A stretch of 64,000 nucleotides of DNA from IMG/VR virus record IMGVR_UViG_3300032268_000966. The stretch is one strand, 5' to 3'. Below, in pieces: positions 29,353 through 39,319 of the stretch. The DNA comes from an uncultured virus (IMG/VR IMGVR_UViG_3300032268_000966). Lineage: Duplodnaviria; Heunggongvirae; Uroviricota; Caudoviricetes. A model generated the notes under the pieces. The model was not told the DNA's origin. It worked only from the letters and a program-made list of their open reading frames with translations, and searched no databases. Each line of letters begins with the position of its first letter. Position 1 is the stretch's first letter. Position numbers and translations under genes: made by a program.

Positions 29353-30857
29353 GATTGTTTTGTATTTACAATATTAAAGGTTAATTGTTTCTTATAAGTA
29401 TCTTTTTCTCCTGAAGTATTCACTTGAATGTCTACATAATATTGATTAGGTATTTTATCTCTCATATCAAATATAAAATAAAATTCGTTTGGAGTTCTAT
29501 TGATAGGAGTCCAATCTTGGACTTGAACTTCCGTAGTACCTTCTTTTACGTATACTCTATAAAATGAAGAAACGTTCTCTAATAATTGTTGGCCAGTATA
29601 AGCCTTTTTAATTGTCACACCAACTTTTCTGATATCAGTATTTAATATTTGTTCATTTTGTAATATACCGTAAAAACTAAATCCAAATTTAGATGGTTCT
29701 TTAGACAAAGGTCCAATTTGGATTCCCGCATTATATTGTTGTAATGTAAATTGATTTGTTACGTTTGGAATACCTTGACCATTAATTGTTAAACCTGACC
29801 ATACATCGTAAAATTGACAAGGTGTTGGATATGCTGTAAATCCATTAGGAACTACAACTTCATAAACACCTTTAGTTCTTAAACAAGTAGATAAAGATGC
29901 CATTCCTGTCACCGCGTCACCATTTCGGTCTTCAATTCTAACAAACGGGTCTGCATCTAAATTAACTAAATCACCATTCTGATAAATGTATAAAAACAAT
30001 TTGTTCTCTTGGCTCTTCAAAAATAAATTCCTGTCATCTTGAATTAAGTCATCATAATTAGTTAAAAGGTATGGTTGATAAAAAGTTTGAGTATGTCTTG
30101 AAAAGAATGCAACACTGTAACTATCGGTTAATCCAGTGATGTTTTCAATTTGAGGAAGATAAGCAACTCCCCAACCCGTGACACCTGTGATAGAACCGTT
30201 TAAGATACCATTTATCTCATTAGTCATATTCATGTTAAGGTCTTCATTACCTAACTCAAAATGTTGTCTTGCAACGATTGTAAGACCTGAATAGTTAACT
30301 GTACCATTATTAGTGTTACTGTAGACTCCTGGTTGAGACCAATCATCAATTGTTGTTGTTTGGTACCAATTAGATGGTCTTGTTGAGAATGCTCTACTAT
30401 CGACGTAAGTTAATGGAGAAATTCCACCTTGTGAGCTTCCTTGAGCGATATTAAAATCTGTATAATCGTATCCAACACCTTCATCCCAATATTGTGGATT
30501 TCCTGTATTACCTGATACGTTGGGGATTCTGAATAAAATTAAATCAAATGATGTTGCTCTTCTTCTTTCGTTTGACATGAACGTATTAAGTAGTTCGTTA
30601 TCAAATGATGAAGTGTTTGTCATCTTTAATGTGTGAGTCATTGCTGATGTACATCCTGTTGATATAACACCTGTTGCAATATTTTCTTCTAACAAAGATA
30701 AATCTAAGTTGAATAGTAATCTTGAGTATCCGTAATTAGGAACTATGTAATCCGAAGCACCAAAATTTAGTTCAATAACAGGATTTCTTCCTGTATTAAC
30801 ATATGAGTTTGATACGATGGTATTATTTTTATCTATGTAAGACCTTAGAATTGACAT
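29349..30857 (-). CDS. putative virion structural protein
   Basis: Beta-rich, 502 aa, next to the gp5-like gene; TATTTATA upstream (30870-30877). Confidence 0.55.
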   Translation of the reverse strand: MSILRSYIDKNNTIVSNSYVNTGRNPVIELNFGASDYIVPNYGYSRLLFNLDLSLLEENIATGVISTGCTSAMTHTLKMTNTSSFDNELLNTFMSNERRRATSFDLILFRIPNVSGNTGNPQYWDEGVGYDYTDFNIAQGSSQGGISPLTYVDSRAFSTRPSNWYQTTTIDDWSQPGVYSNTNNGTVNYSGLTIVARQHFELGNEDLNMNMTNEINGILNGSITGVTGWGVAYLPQIENITGLTDSYSVAFFSRHTQTFYQPYLLTNYDDLIQDDRNLFLKSQENKLFLYIYQNGDLVNLDADPFVRIEDRNGDAVTGMASLSTCLRTKGVYEVVVPNGFTAYPTPCQFYDVWSGLTINGQGIPNVTNQFTLQQYNAGIQIGPLSKEPSKFGFSFYGILQNEQILNTDIRKVGVTIKKAYTGQQLLENVSSFYRVYVKEGTTEVQVQDWTPINRTPNEFYFIFDMRDKIPNQYYVDIQVNTSGEKDTYKKQLTFNIVNTKQS

Positions 30858-30877
30858 TTATCTTTTTACTATAAATA

Positions 30878-32413
30878 TCAATTAAGTCGAATATTACTAC
30901 TAAGTATTTTTTCAACTGAATTATTTAACTCTGTAAGTATCTTTGCGGTGCTTGAACCGTCTTGTGTTACGGGTATTGGAGGTAGTCCAGGAAATGCGTG
31001 AGTATGTGTAATTAGGAATCTAACAATCATATCTATTAATTCTAATAACTCTTCTCCTCTAACCATACTTGAAGTATTTGGCATAATATCATCCGCAAAT
31101 TTTTCAGGACTAATACCATATAAAGTATCGTCAAAATTAATTTTTGATTTACCAGGAATTTGAGAATTATGAGATAATAAAAATAATTTATCACTACCTA
31201 ATGCGCCATATGTTGATTCTGAAGTAACATAGTTAGACTGAGGAACTACTTTTTTAATAGGAGTTTTAGGGATACCTACTTTACCTTTAGCATATATTAA
31301 TCCGTATCCACCTTTAATCGCTGGTGTTAATTTAATTGCCCTGTATATATCAGTAATATTTTTAACTTCAATATTACCAGCACCTGCCCCTGAATTAGTT
31401 GACGGATTAAGTTTTGAATACATCAATGAATTAGGTCTATAAAAAATTGGAAATTTAGTACTAGCGTTATTATCGGAAAATAATTTAACTCCACTTGCGG
31501 TCACATTAGTTGTGTTACAAGTTTTAATAAAATCATTTATAAACTTGATTACTTCTGTTTTTGACAATAACGTAAATGGTTCACTTGCGACTAATTTTTT
31601 AAGATTTTCAGAAACTTCACTTGTTAATGTTAAATTTTTTGAATTGGTTGAAGAATCTGGTTTAAGCTGATAAAGGTATACCGCTCCTGAGAATTTGTCT
31701 TGGGTATTCTCAGGATTTGTTACAACCCATTCGATTAAGTACTTAGTTAAAAGTACATCTTCTTTAAGTTCATAATATACTTTAGGTTCTAAACTTTGTT
31801 TGGTTTGTTGAAATTTACTAAGTTGTAAGAATCCTCTTTGTTGATTTGCAACAGGGATTACATTTGGCTTTAAGTATTGTCCTTTAAATTTACCAGCACG
31901 AATTAGTATCTCATCTTCTTTGACAATCATATCCGCACTACCTCTACCCATAATCGCATTATCACCAGGTTGAGGAAAAACACCTTTATGGATTGATTGG
32001 TCTGTATATGACCCATCTTGGTTCTTTAAAGGTTTTGGATTTTTAATTTGCATACCAGTACCCGTAAACTTATTACCTCCATAATAATATTCTTTAAAAG
32101 TCGTTGTTGGACTTGAAAATGTATTTTGAACGTAATATTGGTTTTGGTATTTGAAATCCTTATTCATGTAAATAACTTGAATAAGTTCATCCACCTTAGG
32201 TGTCGAATAAATGAAATAAGGTAATAATGGATTAAAAATAAGAGGGTCTCTTGAAGTCCAAATATCTTTCTCTTCATTCCATGGTGGGTCAGAAATACTT
32301 TTTAATATATCTTCGTAGTTATCAATTAATCTAACTCCTCTGATTCTACCCAACATCATTGGGTCTTCTATATTTAAAACTCTACATTGAAAAAATATTG
32401 AATTATCTTCCAT
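30878..32413 (-). CDS. Baseplate hub/central spike (gp5/VgrG-like)
   Basis: N-terminal OB-fold motif VLNIEDPMMLGRIR and C-terminal HTH metal-binding apex motif (LITHTHAFPG). Confidence 0.7.
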   Translation of the reverse strand: MEDNSIFFQCRVLNIEDPMMLGRIRGVRLIDNYEDILKSISDPPWNEEKDIWTSRDPLIFNPLLPYFIYSTPKVDELIQVIYMNKDFKYQNQYYVQNTFSSPTTTFKEYYYGGNKFTGTGMQIKNPKPLKNQDGSYTDQSIHKGVFPQPGDNAIMGRGSADMIVKEDEILIRAGKFKGQYLKPNVIPVANQQRGFLQLSKFQQTKQSLEPKVYYELKEDVLLTKYLIEWVVTNPENTQDKFSGAVYLYQLKPDSSTNSKNLTLTSEVSENLKKLVASEPFTLLSKTEVIKFINDFIKTCNTTNVTASGVKLFSDNNASTKFPIFYRPNSLMYSKLNPSTNSGAGAGNIEVKNITDIYRAIKLTPAIKGGYGLIYAKGKVGIPKTPIKKVVPQSNYVTSESTYGALGSDKLFLLSHNSQIPGKSKINFDDTLYGISPEKFADDIMPNTSSMVRGEELLELIDMIVRFLITHTHAFPGLPPIPVTQDGSSTAKILTELNNSVEKILSSNIRLN

Positions 32414-32615
32414 TATTTCTGTCTTGATATACGTTTAGGGTGTTATTATACAACTCTTCAATTTTATCTAAATAAATTGTTGAGGTAATAATTGACTGTT
32501 TTGTTAATTCAAAATCAGAAGATAATAAATCCATAAACTCAACTAACTTAGTATTAGGTAAGTCTTTTAAATTTTTTTGTTCTTCTAAAATATTTTGAAA
32601 TTCTTCGTTTTTCAT
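32403..32615 (-). CDS. hypothetical protein
   Basis: 70-aa coupled ORF. Confidence 0.6.
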   Translation of the reverse strand: MKNEEFQNILEEQKNLKDLPNTKLVEFMDLLSSDFELTKQSIITSTIYLDKIEELYNNTLNVYQDRNNGR

Positions 32616-32616
32616 T

Positions 32617-34713
32617 TTATATTAATTTACCTGTTATTGGACCTGAGATACCTATACCTTCAACTTTACCTTCTTCAGTAATATTAGATACAATTCCTTT
32701 ATTTGATGCTAAATTAAATTGTAACATAAGATTAGGTGAACCGTCAGGAAGCGCACCTGTTGGAACTCCTATAGATTGAAGGATTTGAATTGTGTTTATG
32801 GTCATTTGTTCTGCTGAAATACCTGGTAAAGCACCTGATAATGCTAATAACGGTAATGGTATTGTTTGGCCTCCTCCTACAGCTTGACCAATTAAACTAA
32901 GCAATAATAAAATATTATCTAATAAATTTTTACATTTTCTATAATCGCTTATTAATTGTGCGACTATTAACGCAATTTGAATCAACCTTAAAATCATCGC
33001 ATATTTTTTGGTTAAGTGAGATTTAGAAACGTCCGAAATAATACTACCAACTAAATTAACAATATCTTTTTTTAATATTTCAAATAAAACTCTAAGAAAT
33101 TCGGCATTAACTTTAGAAATGACTTGTATTGAAAATGTTTTATATACCTTTAAAAAATCTGCTCCATTAGTAACAATATTACTTCCAGCTTGTCCAATAT
33201 TTGCACCTGCGTTTCCAATGTTATCGATTGTCGTATTTACACTATTTGTGGCTGTATTCGCACTTGTTACTGCTTGATTGTAAGTATATGTTGCACCTGA
33301 TTGAACTACCGATAATAAGGTGTAAAGCGGTAATAAAACTTTTGGACTTAATACACTTGCCGCAACCGCCAAAGGTATTTTTTTAATAACATTTGTATTA
33401 ATCGAAACACTGGCATTAAAATTATTAGGTATTGTTGCTCTCCAATCTGGATTTTGTGATATTGAATCAACAATAGTTTCCAAAGTAGCAACTTGTTGTT
33501 CCACTGTTTGACCTGTTAGAGTATCTCTAAAATCAATTAATTGACTTATAAGAACTTCAGTATCTACAGGAACTTTAACATTGTCACAATCTATAAATTC
33601 CATAACACCGTTTTGGATGTTATTAATTTTAACTTCGATATTTCTTAAATCTATTTCAGTTAATTCATAAAAACTATCATCAACACCGTCAAGTTCCGCA
33701 ACTTTGGAGACACCACTTACATCAATTTCTTTTCTTGAATCAAAACATAACCCTAAAATTCTTTGTATTAATAAGTCAAATTTTGATTGTTCATCAAGTT
33801 GCCCATAACCAACTTGCAGATTCATACTTACCGCACCCGAAATGATGTTAACTATTTGAGCTCCAATATCTACACTATCAACTAACTTAATTGTACTATA
33901 ATAATCTGAAATAAATTCACCAACATTATTACTAATATTACCTGAACCATCTTCTCGATTTATTAATACAATACGATAATAGTCTCCAGTAACCCCAAAA
34001 CTATTTACGTTTGAATATTGAACATCAAATAAATCCTGACCTGATTTACCTAAATAATTTTTACCATTAATTTGATTAAACGACCTACCAGTGTTACTAG
34101 ATTCCATTAACTGATAAAGTTGTTTGTTCATTGGAAATGGAACATCTCCACCATAAGGTCTAAATTTTTGGTCTCCAGAAGGTGATTGAGCTTCATAGAA
34201 AATTTTTCCAAAATTTGTTTCAGGTGATTGTTTTAAATTAGAAAATAAATCAATAGAACTAACAGGTATGTAAATCCCTTCTTGTTGAGGTAGTAACGGT
34301 AAAGGTTGCGATTCAAGAACTGAAGGGGATATACCATTATACGTTTGTTCAATTGAACAACCTAAGGCTTTGATTGTTTCCTCTTTAATAATAACTGATA
34401 ACTTTGGTTCAATTAACGCAGCGGCTTCCAACATTTTTTTTCTAATATATGTTGAAGTACCTGAACCAGTTCCTTGAGTTTGACCTAGGAACCCTAACAA
34501 TTGGTCCATTGAATTAGGTGGTTCTCTAAAAAATCTTTTTTGTAGATTTTTAATTTTGTCTAACTGAGATGTAATTTGTGATGACGATTTAGTGGCAGAA
34601 TCACCCGCATTTTTTAAACTTTTGGCAGCGCCAGAAACATCAATATAAGTTTTAAATGATTTAATCTTACCTTGTATCGAATCTTGTGCTGAAGTTATAT
34701 CTAATGCTTGCAT
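32617..34713 (-). CDS. hypothetical protein (probable tail/baseplate)
   Basis: 698 aa with hydrophobic C-terminal helices, in the late operon with the gp5-like gene. Confidence 0.6.
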   Translation of the reverse strand: MQALDITSAQDSIQGKIKSFKTYIDVSGAAKSLKNAGDSATKSSSQITSQLDKIKNLQKRFFREPPNSMDQLLGFLGQTQGTGSGTSTYIRKKMLEAAALIEPKLSVIIKEETIKALGCSIEQTYNGISPSVLESQPLPLLPQQEGIYIPVSSIDLFSNLKQSPETNFGKIFYEAQSPSGDQKFRPYGGDVPFPMNKQLYQLMESSNTGRSFNQINGKNYLGKSGQDLFDVQYSNVNSFGVTGDYYRIVLINREDGSGNISNNVGEFISDYYSTIKLVDSVDIGAQIVNIISGAVSMNLQVGYGQLDEQSKFDLLIQRILGLCFDSRKEIDVSGVSKVAELDGVDDSFYELTEIDLRNIEVKINNIQNGVMEFIDCDNVKVPVDTEVLISQLIDFRDTLTGQTVEQQVATLETIVDSISQNPDWRATIPNNFNASVSINTNVIKKIPLAVAASVLSPKVLLPLYTLLSVVQSGATYTYNQAVTSANTATNSVNTTIDNIGNAGANIGQAGSNIVTNGADFLKVYKTFSIQVISKVNAEFLRVLFEILKKDIVNLVGSIISDVSKSHLTKKYAMILRLIQIALIVAQLISDYRKCKNLLDNILLLLSLIGQAVGGGQTIPLPLLALSGALPGISAEQMTINTIQILQSIGVPTGALPDGSPNLMLQFNLASNKGIVSNITEEGKVEGIGISGPITGKLI

Positions 34714-34716
34714 CTC

Positions 34717-35082
34717 TTATTTCATTTTATACGTTTCTTCATCATTAGAAACATCTTTTTCTATAAGATTTTGTATTAAATCGTCATCTAAATCTGCAAG
34801 AGAAAATGATTCTGTATTGTTATTAGATTTTTCCCAAATACCAGATTGTAATTTTGATAAACTAATTTTCTTTTCAACACAATCGTTGACTATTTTTTGT
34901 TGTTTTTCAATTACAGGCCCAATAGTTGTCATATCAGCAGGGTCTTTTAACATTGCTAACATTTTATTTTGTATTCTGATTGCAGTTTGTCTTTGTTCTA
35001 CAAGTTCGTTGTAAATCTCTTGCATTAAAGACAAGATTGAATCTTTCGTGAAATTAATTTCTTTTCTTTGTGGTCTTGGCAT
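34717..35082 (-). CDS. hypothetical coiled-coil protein
   Basis: 121 aa; TATTTATA 3 nt before ATG (35086-35093). Confidence 0.65.
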   Translation of the reverse strand: MPRPQRKEINFTKDSILSLMQEIYNELVEQRQTAIRIQNKMLAMLKDPADMTTIGPVIEKQQKIVNDCVEKKISLSKLQSGIWEKSNNNTESFSLADLDDDLIQNLIEKDVSNDEETYKMK

Positions 35083-35102
35083 ACCTATAAATACTTTTTT
35101 AA

Positions 35103-35849
35103 TTAGTTTTTCATTTTAATCTGAATAACTGTATATAATTTTTTAAACCTTTTAATTGAACTTCTAATCTCTTTAGTACTTAAGTTAGTCATTTCTCTTA
35201 GTGAAAGCAAGATTACATTTTTGTTGAATTTGTTATTATCTGCTCCTGAGAAGATACTTTCATAGTTATCAAACAAATCAATAAGGGCGTACCCCAATTT
35301 TTTTTCATTATCGTTTAAATTTTCATTATCGATAAATTCTTTTAATTCTTTCAAGTATTCAACAATAATGATATCAGTTTCAACAATATCATCATCAATT
35401 CTATAACTCATATCTACTCTTTCTTCTAAACTTGAAGATATGTCTTCATATGATATTTTTCTATTTGTTTCTTTTTGGTCTTTAATTATTTGACCCATTA
35501 AGTAATTTTTACAAATTGTACCAAAATAAGAATAAGCTTTCTTATTCTTATCTGGTTTAAACTTGTCAACTTTAGTCATTAAAAACGAATGAGTGTCTGT
35601 ATGAATTTCGTTAAAATCCATGTCCTTACGATATAATTTATATCGTCGTATGATAGATGAAATCATCTTATCAAGAGGGCCTCTTAAAAATTCATTATAT
35701 ATTTTATTTTTTTCGTGTGAGTCCTCTGTGATTAAAAACTTTCTAACCGCATCTTCTTCTCTTACATCAAAATAATTTAAATTAACAGCTTTTCTTCCTC
35801 TCTTTTTAGATAAAACATCTTCTGTTGTTGCAGATAGAGTTTCTTGCAT
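35103..35849 (-). CDS. Phage sigma factor (T4 gp55-like late sigma)
   Basis: Sigma region-2-like KFKPDKNKKAYSYFGTICKNYL and N-terminal NYF motif; possible C-terminal HTH. Confidence 0.65.
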   Translation of the reverse strand: MQETLSATTEDVLSKKRGRKAVNLNYFDVREEDAVRKFLITEDSHEKNKIYNEFLRGPLDKMISSIIRRYKLYRKDMDFNEIHTDTHSFLMTKVDKFKPDKNKKAYSYFGTICKNYLMGQIIKDQKETNRKISYEDISSSLEERVDMSYRIDDDIVETDIIIVEYLKELKEFIDNENLNDNEKKLGYALIDLFDNYESIFSGADNNKFNKNVILLSLREMTNLSTKEIRSSIKRFKKLYTVIQIKMKN

Positions 35850-36655
35850 TATGCATTTTCAGATTGATATTTTATGACTCTGTCGTCAGGAAAGAAATAT
35901 TCTTTTTTTGCGGTTTGAATCCAAAACTTAACTTCGTCTTCAATCATTTTGTCCTCACCATTTTTGTAATTCCAAAAAATTGAACCTTCTCTGAGATTAA
36001 CGTGTTTGTAACCAAGTCTTGGTATTGTCATAATTTGAACCGAATTATATGTAAGTCTTAATAAGAACTCATATATAAATGTTAGTTTAATTGAAGATTT
36101 AAAACCTCCAAAATCCTCAATAATTTCTTTTTTAAATACAGAACCTGCTGTTTGAAAATTTTGATACTCTTGTAATGTTTCATTTGTTAAGAATCCCATT
36201 TCTTGAGTAAAGTTTGCGGCAAAAGTGGCCTCATTTGTAAATCCTGCAAAAAGACCTTTTTCGTCCGTCTCAACGACTACAGGTAAAAACATTTGAACTT
36301 CAGGATATGAAGTGATATATTTGTCAACATTTTTAAACCAAATAGACGAGTACTCGTCATCAAATTCAAAAAGAGAAACCCATGTTCCTTTTGCGTTTTT
36401 AATCCCATAATTTACTTGGTCACAATAGTTTGCTTCTTTATCCCAAAGTAATTTATTTACAGTAAGATTTCCAAAGTCATATCCGTTAAGTAACGTAACT
36501 AATTGTTCTTCGCTAGTGTGTATGATTACAACCTCCTCAAACTCAATTTGTTGATTTTTAAGTGATGTAATTGCTTTTTCAAAATATTCATCAAAATTCT
36601 TAGCCTTTGATGATTTGATTGGTAGTATAACTGAAAGTGATAATTTATTGCTCAT
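35849..36655 (-). CDS. Glycosyltransferase family 2-like
   Basis: LSVILP, NYGIKNAKG.WV..FEFDDEY. Confidence 0.75.
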   Translation of the reverse strand: MSNKLSLSVILPIKSSKAKNFDEYFEKAITSLKNQQIEFEEVVIIHTSEEQLVTLLNGYDFGNLTVNKLLWDKEANYCDQVNYGIKNAKGTWVSLFEFDDEYSSIWFKNVDKYITSYPEVQMFLPVVVETDEKGLFAGFTNEATFAANFTQEMGFLTNETLQEYQNFQTAGSVFKKEIIEDFGGFKSSIKLTFIYEFLLRLTYNSVQIMTIPRLGYKHVNLREGSIFWNYKNGEDKMIEDEVKFWIQTAKKEYFFPDDRVIKYQSENA

Positions 36656-36656
36656 A

Positions 36657-37709
36657 TTATTCTTCTGTTTTTGAAATTTGTTGTTCGAATGAATCTGCTC
36701 TTGTGTTTAAGTAAGTGGTAAATAATGTTACAACACTTGAGTCAAATTTTTGTTTATCTGAAATTAACTCTAAAGTTTTTTTCATTTCTTCTTGGATTTC
36801 AGGATTAATATTATCTTCAAGCCAGTTTTGAATGTAATCGGCGATTACATCAACAAGTAATGTCTTATCTGTAATCCAAATACCGTTTTGTTCAGTCATC
36901 CAATCTGGTGATATATTAGGAACTTTTCCAATAACAGGAACACCTGATTTCATAGATTCTAATGGAAAAGTACCAAAGGCGCTATCATCGTCAATCCATA
37001 CACTTAAAAAACAATCACTTAATGAGTTTGCAAATTCTTTTTCAGACAACCCTCTTAAGTCTCTAAATGTGAACCATCTGTATTGAGGGAATTTTAAATA
37101 GAAAGTTTTAATAATGTTAATCGCATCAGTTTGTTCTTTTGTGTGAATACCAATAATTGGCATTGCTGGTGTTGATTTAGGTTTAAATGAATTAGTAATA
37201 TACGGTTCAATAACATCAAAAGATGATTGTCTCATTACTCTTTCAATATATTCTTTTTGTTTGTTAGATGTTGTAAGACATTTCATAAATCCAAATTGAT
37301 TCCATGATTGACCTGGTTGTAATGTTTCTAACATGTGTGAATATTGTTGTGTTAGAACAATTTTAGCGCAAGGTAACTGTTTTACTTGGTCCATAACGTA
37401 ACCAAATAATTCAGGAATTATTAGGAAATCTTCAGGAGAAATCTCTAAATTTTGACCTTCAATTGCTTTATGTGGTAAAGACATATATTCTTCATCTAAC
37501 CACGCAACAACTCCTGAGTAATCCGCCTTCTCATGTAAAATGGTTGGATTAAACCCGTTGTCTTTTAATGCTTTTGCCATTTGGTAAATGTATCTGACAG
37601 AAGCCTTTGCATTACCTTTAGTGTCTTGTACTAAAAAATAAATTCTTGCCTGCTTGTCTCTCAAAACCTGAATGGACTGTTTTACTTTTTCTTCTATTGT
37701 GTTTTCCAT
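36657..37709 (-). CDS. GT-B (GT4-like) glycosyltransferase
   Basis: IIPE and FGTFPLESMKSGVPVI. Confidence 0.75.
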   Translation of the reverse strand: MENTIEEKVKQSIQVLRDKQARIYFLVQDTKGNAKASVRYIYQMAKALKDNGFNPTILHEKADYSGVVAWLDEEYMSLPHKAIEGQNLEISPEDFLIIPELFGYVMDQVKQLPCAKIVLTQQYSHMLETLQPGQSWNQFGFMKCLTTSNKQKEYIERVMRQSSFDVIEPYITNSFKPKSTPAMPIIGIHTKEQTDAINIIKTFYLKFPQYRWFTFRDLRGLSEKEFANSLSDCFLSVWIDDDSAFGTFPLESMKSGVPVIGKVPNISPDWMTEQNGIWITDKTLLVDVIADYIQNWLEDNINPEIQEEMKKTLELISDKQKFDSSVVTLFTTYLNTRADSFEQQISKTEE

Positions 37710-37710
37710 A

Positions 37711-37992
37711 TTAATAATGATTGATTAGTTTTTTGTTTAAAAGACTGTTAAATGCAATTCTAAAAGGAATACTTGTGTTTGAGCTACTTTTCATTCCTAA
37801 TTTTTCATCAACAACATCTTGTTCTGTTAATACCGTATCCAATAACATTTTTACCATCTCAAATTTGATAATGTTAATTTTCATTTCTGTTGTTCCTGAT
37901 AAATCTTCAGGTGATGCGTCATTAGACATATCAAGATACTGTTCAATTACATCTAAATCAATGTAATAATTTTCGCCTAATACATTTATCAT
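37711..37992 (-). CDS. hypothetical protein
   Basis: 93-aa coupled ORF. Confidence 0.65.
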   Translation of the reverse strand: MINVLGENYYIDLDVIEQYLDMSNDASPEDLSGTTEMKINIIKFEMVKMLLDTVLTEQDVVDEKLGMKSSSNTSIPFRIAFNSLLNKKLINHY

Positions 37993-38579
37993 ACTATTTT
38001 GTCTATTTTTGATTTGAGCTCTTTGATTGTTGAAATCTCATGCTCGGTTTTTATATCTGAATTATAAGAAGTATTATATTTAATTACTATTTTATTTTCA
38101 GGATGGTTTAATAATAGTTTAGGATTTGCAGTAAGTAAAATGTCTATAGAGTCCCAAAGCGAATTAATCGTACTTTCACTATAGAACTTAATAGATTCTA
38201 CTAAACATCCAAATTTAGAGATAAAAAACAATGAAGCTGGTTTTGATTTACCAATTTCATCAGAAACTATGATGATATCATGATTATCCCTAACGTCTAA
38301 ATAAAAATCATTAAAGTCAATCATTCCTGAAGTTTCAACAGAACCAGCATGACCAAAAATTTCCATGGTATGTTCTTTATATAAAAAATCATACAACTCA
38401 TCTTCATTTTTAAATTTAAGATGTTTGGATATTTCTAAACTTGTTAACTTTGTTATAACTTCATATTTAAATTCTTCATCTTCACTAAAAGAATTTTCAA
38501 TATACCATTTCTCATATTCTTGTTGAATCTTTCTGAGTGTATCTCGAAGAACTCCATTTAATTCTATTCCTATTCTCAT
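37989..38579 (-). CDS. HAD-fold 5'(3')-nucleotidase-like protein with degenerate motif I
   Basis: RIGIELNGVLRD in place of the canonical IGIDxDGVLxD. Confidence 0.6.
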   Translation of the reverse strand: MRIGIELNGVLRDTLRKIQQEYEKWYIENSFSEDEEFKYEVITKLTSLEISKHLKFKNEDELYDFLYKEHTMEIFGHAGSVETSGMIDFNDFYLDVRDNHDIIIVSDEIGKSKPASLFFISKFGCLVESIKFYSESTINSLWDSIDILLTANPKLLLNHPENKIVIKYNTSYNSDIKTEHEISTIKELKSKIDKIV

Positions 38580-39313
38580 TCTTCGTATCTTTTTAAAATT
38601 TTTGAAATCAATGGGTTTCTTACAATATCATCTGAACTAAATTCAAATACTCCAATATCATTCATACCTTGAAATTTTTGAAGAGCATCCCATAAACCCG
38701 TCTGAGTTTTATCTTTATGTCTATCAAATTGTTCTAAGTCACCTGAAATAAAAAATTTAGAATTAAATCCAATTCTTGTTAACAGAAGTTTCATTTGACT
38801 TGGAGTTGAGTTTTGAGCTTCTTCAAAGATTAGTATTGAATTATCAATATTCATCCCTCTCATATAAGCTAATGCAAAAACTTCAATTGCTTCAATATCT
38901 TTTAATTTTTCTCTCGATTCTTTACCTATAATTTTATTTAATAAGTAATATGATGGAAAGATGTAAGGGTCTAATTTTTCTTCAACACCTCCTGGTAAAC
39001 TTCCTAATTTTTCTTCTGCTTCAACTGCGGGTCTTACAATAATAATTTTTTCATAAGGAGTTTTTGGGTCAACTAATAAGTCTACAGCCGCCTTCATTGC
39101 GATGTAACTCTTACCAACTCCAGCAGGCCCCGAACATATTGTAATTTGGTTTGTTTCTAGTTTATTGTAATACTCTTTTTGACTTTCAGATAAAAATTTT
39201 TCTTTAGTCTTTCTTTTAACAATTGAACAAATTAATTCTTTTTTCGTTCTTGTTACCATAACTTCACTTGTTGTTGGTGTTGTTGCTGGTGTTCTTTTGG
39301 TGCCTCTTGACAT
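38576..39313 (-). CDS. phoH: PhoH-family ATPase
   Basis: GPAGVGKS, RPAVEA.EKLG.LPG, AYMRG, EEAQN, LLTRIG, GDLEQ.D, VRNPL. Confidence 0.95.
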   Translation of the reverse strand: MSRGTKRTPATTPTTSEVMVTRTKKELICSIVKRKTKEKFLSESQKEYYNKLETNQITICSGPAGVGKSYIAMKAAVDLLVDPKTPYEKIIIVRPAVEAEEKLGSLPGGVEEKLDPYIFPSYYLLNKIIGKESREKLKDIEAIEVFALAYMRGMNIDNSILIFEEAQNSTPSQMKLLLTRIGFNSKFFISGDLEQFDRHKDKTQTGLWDALQKFQGMNDIGVFEFSSDDIVRNPLISKILKRYEE

Positions 39314-39319
39314 TATATG

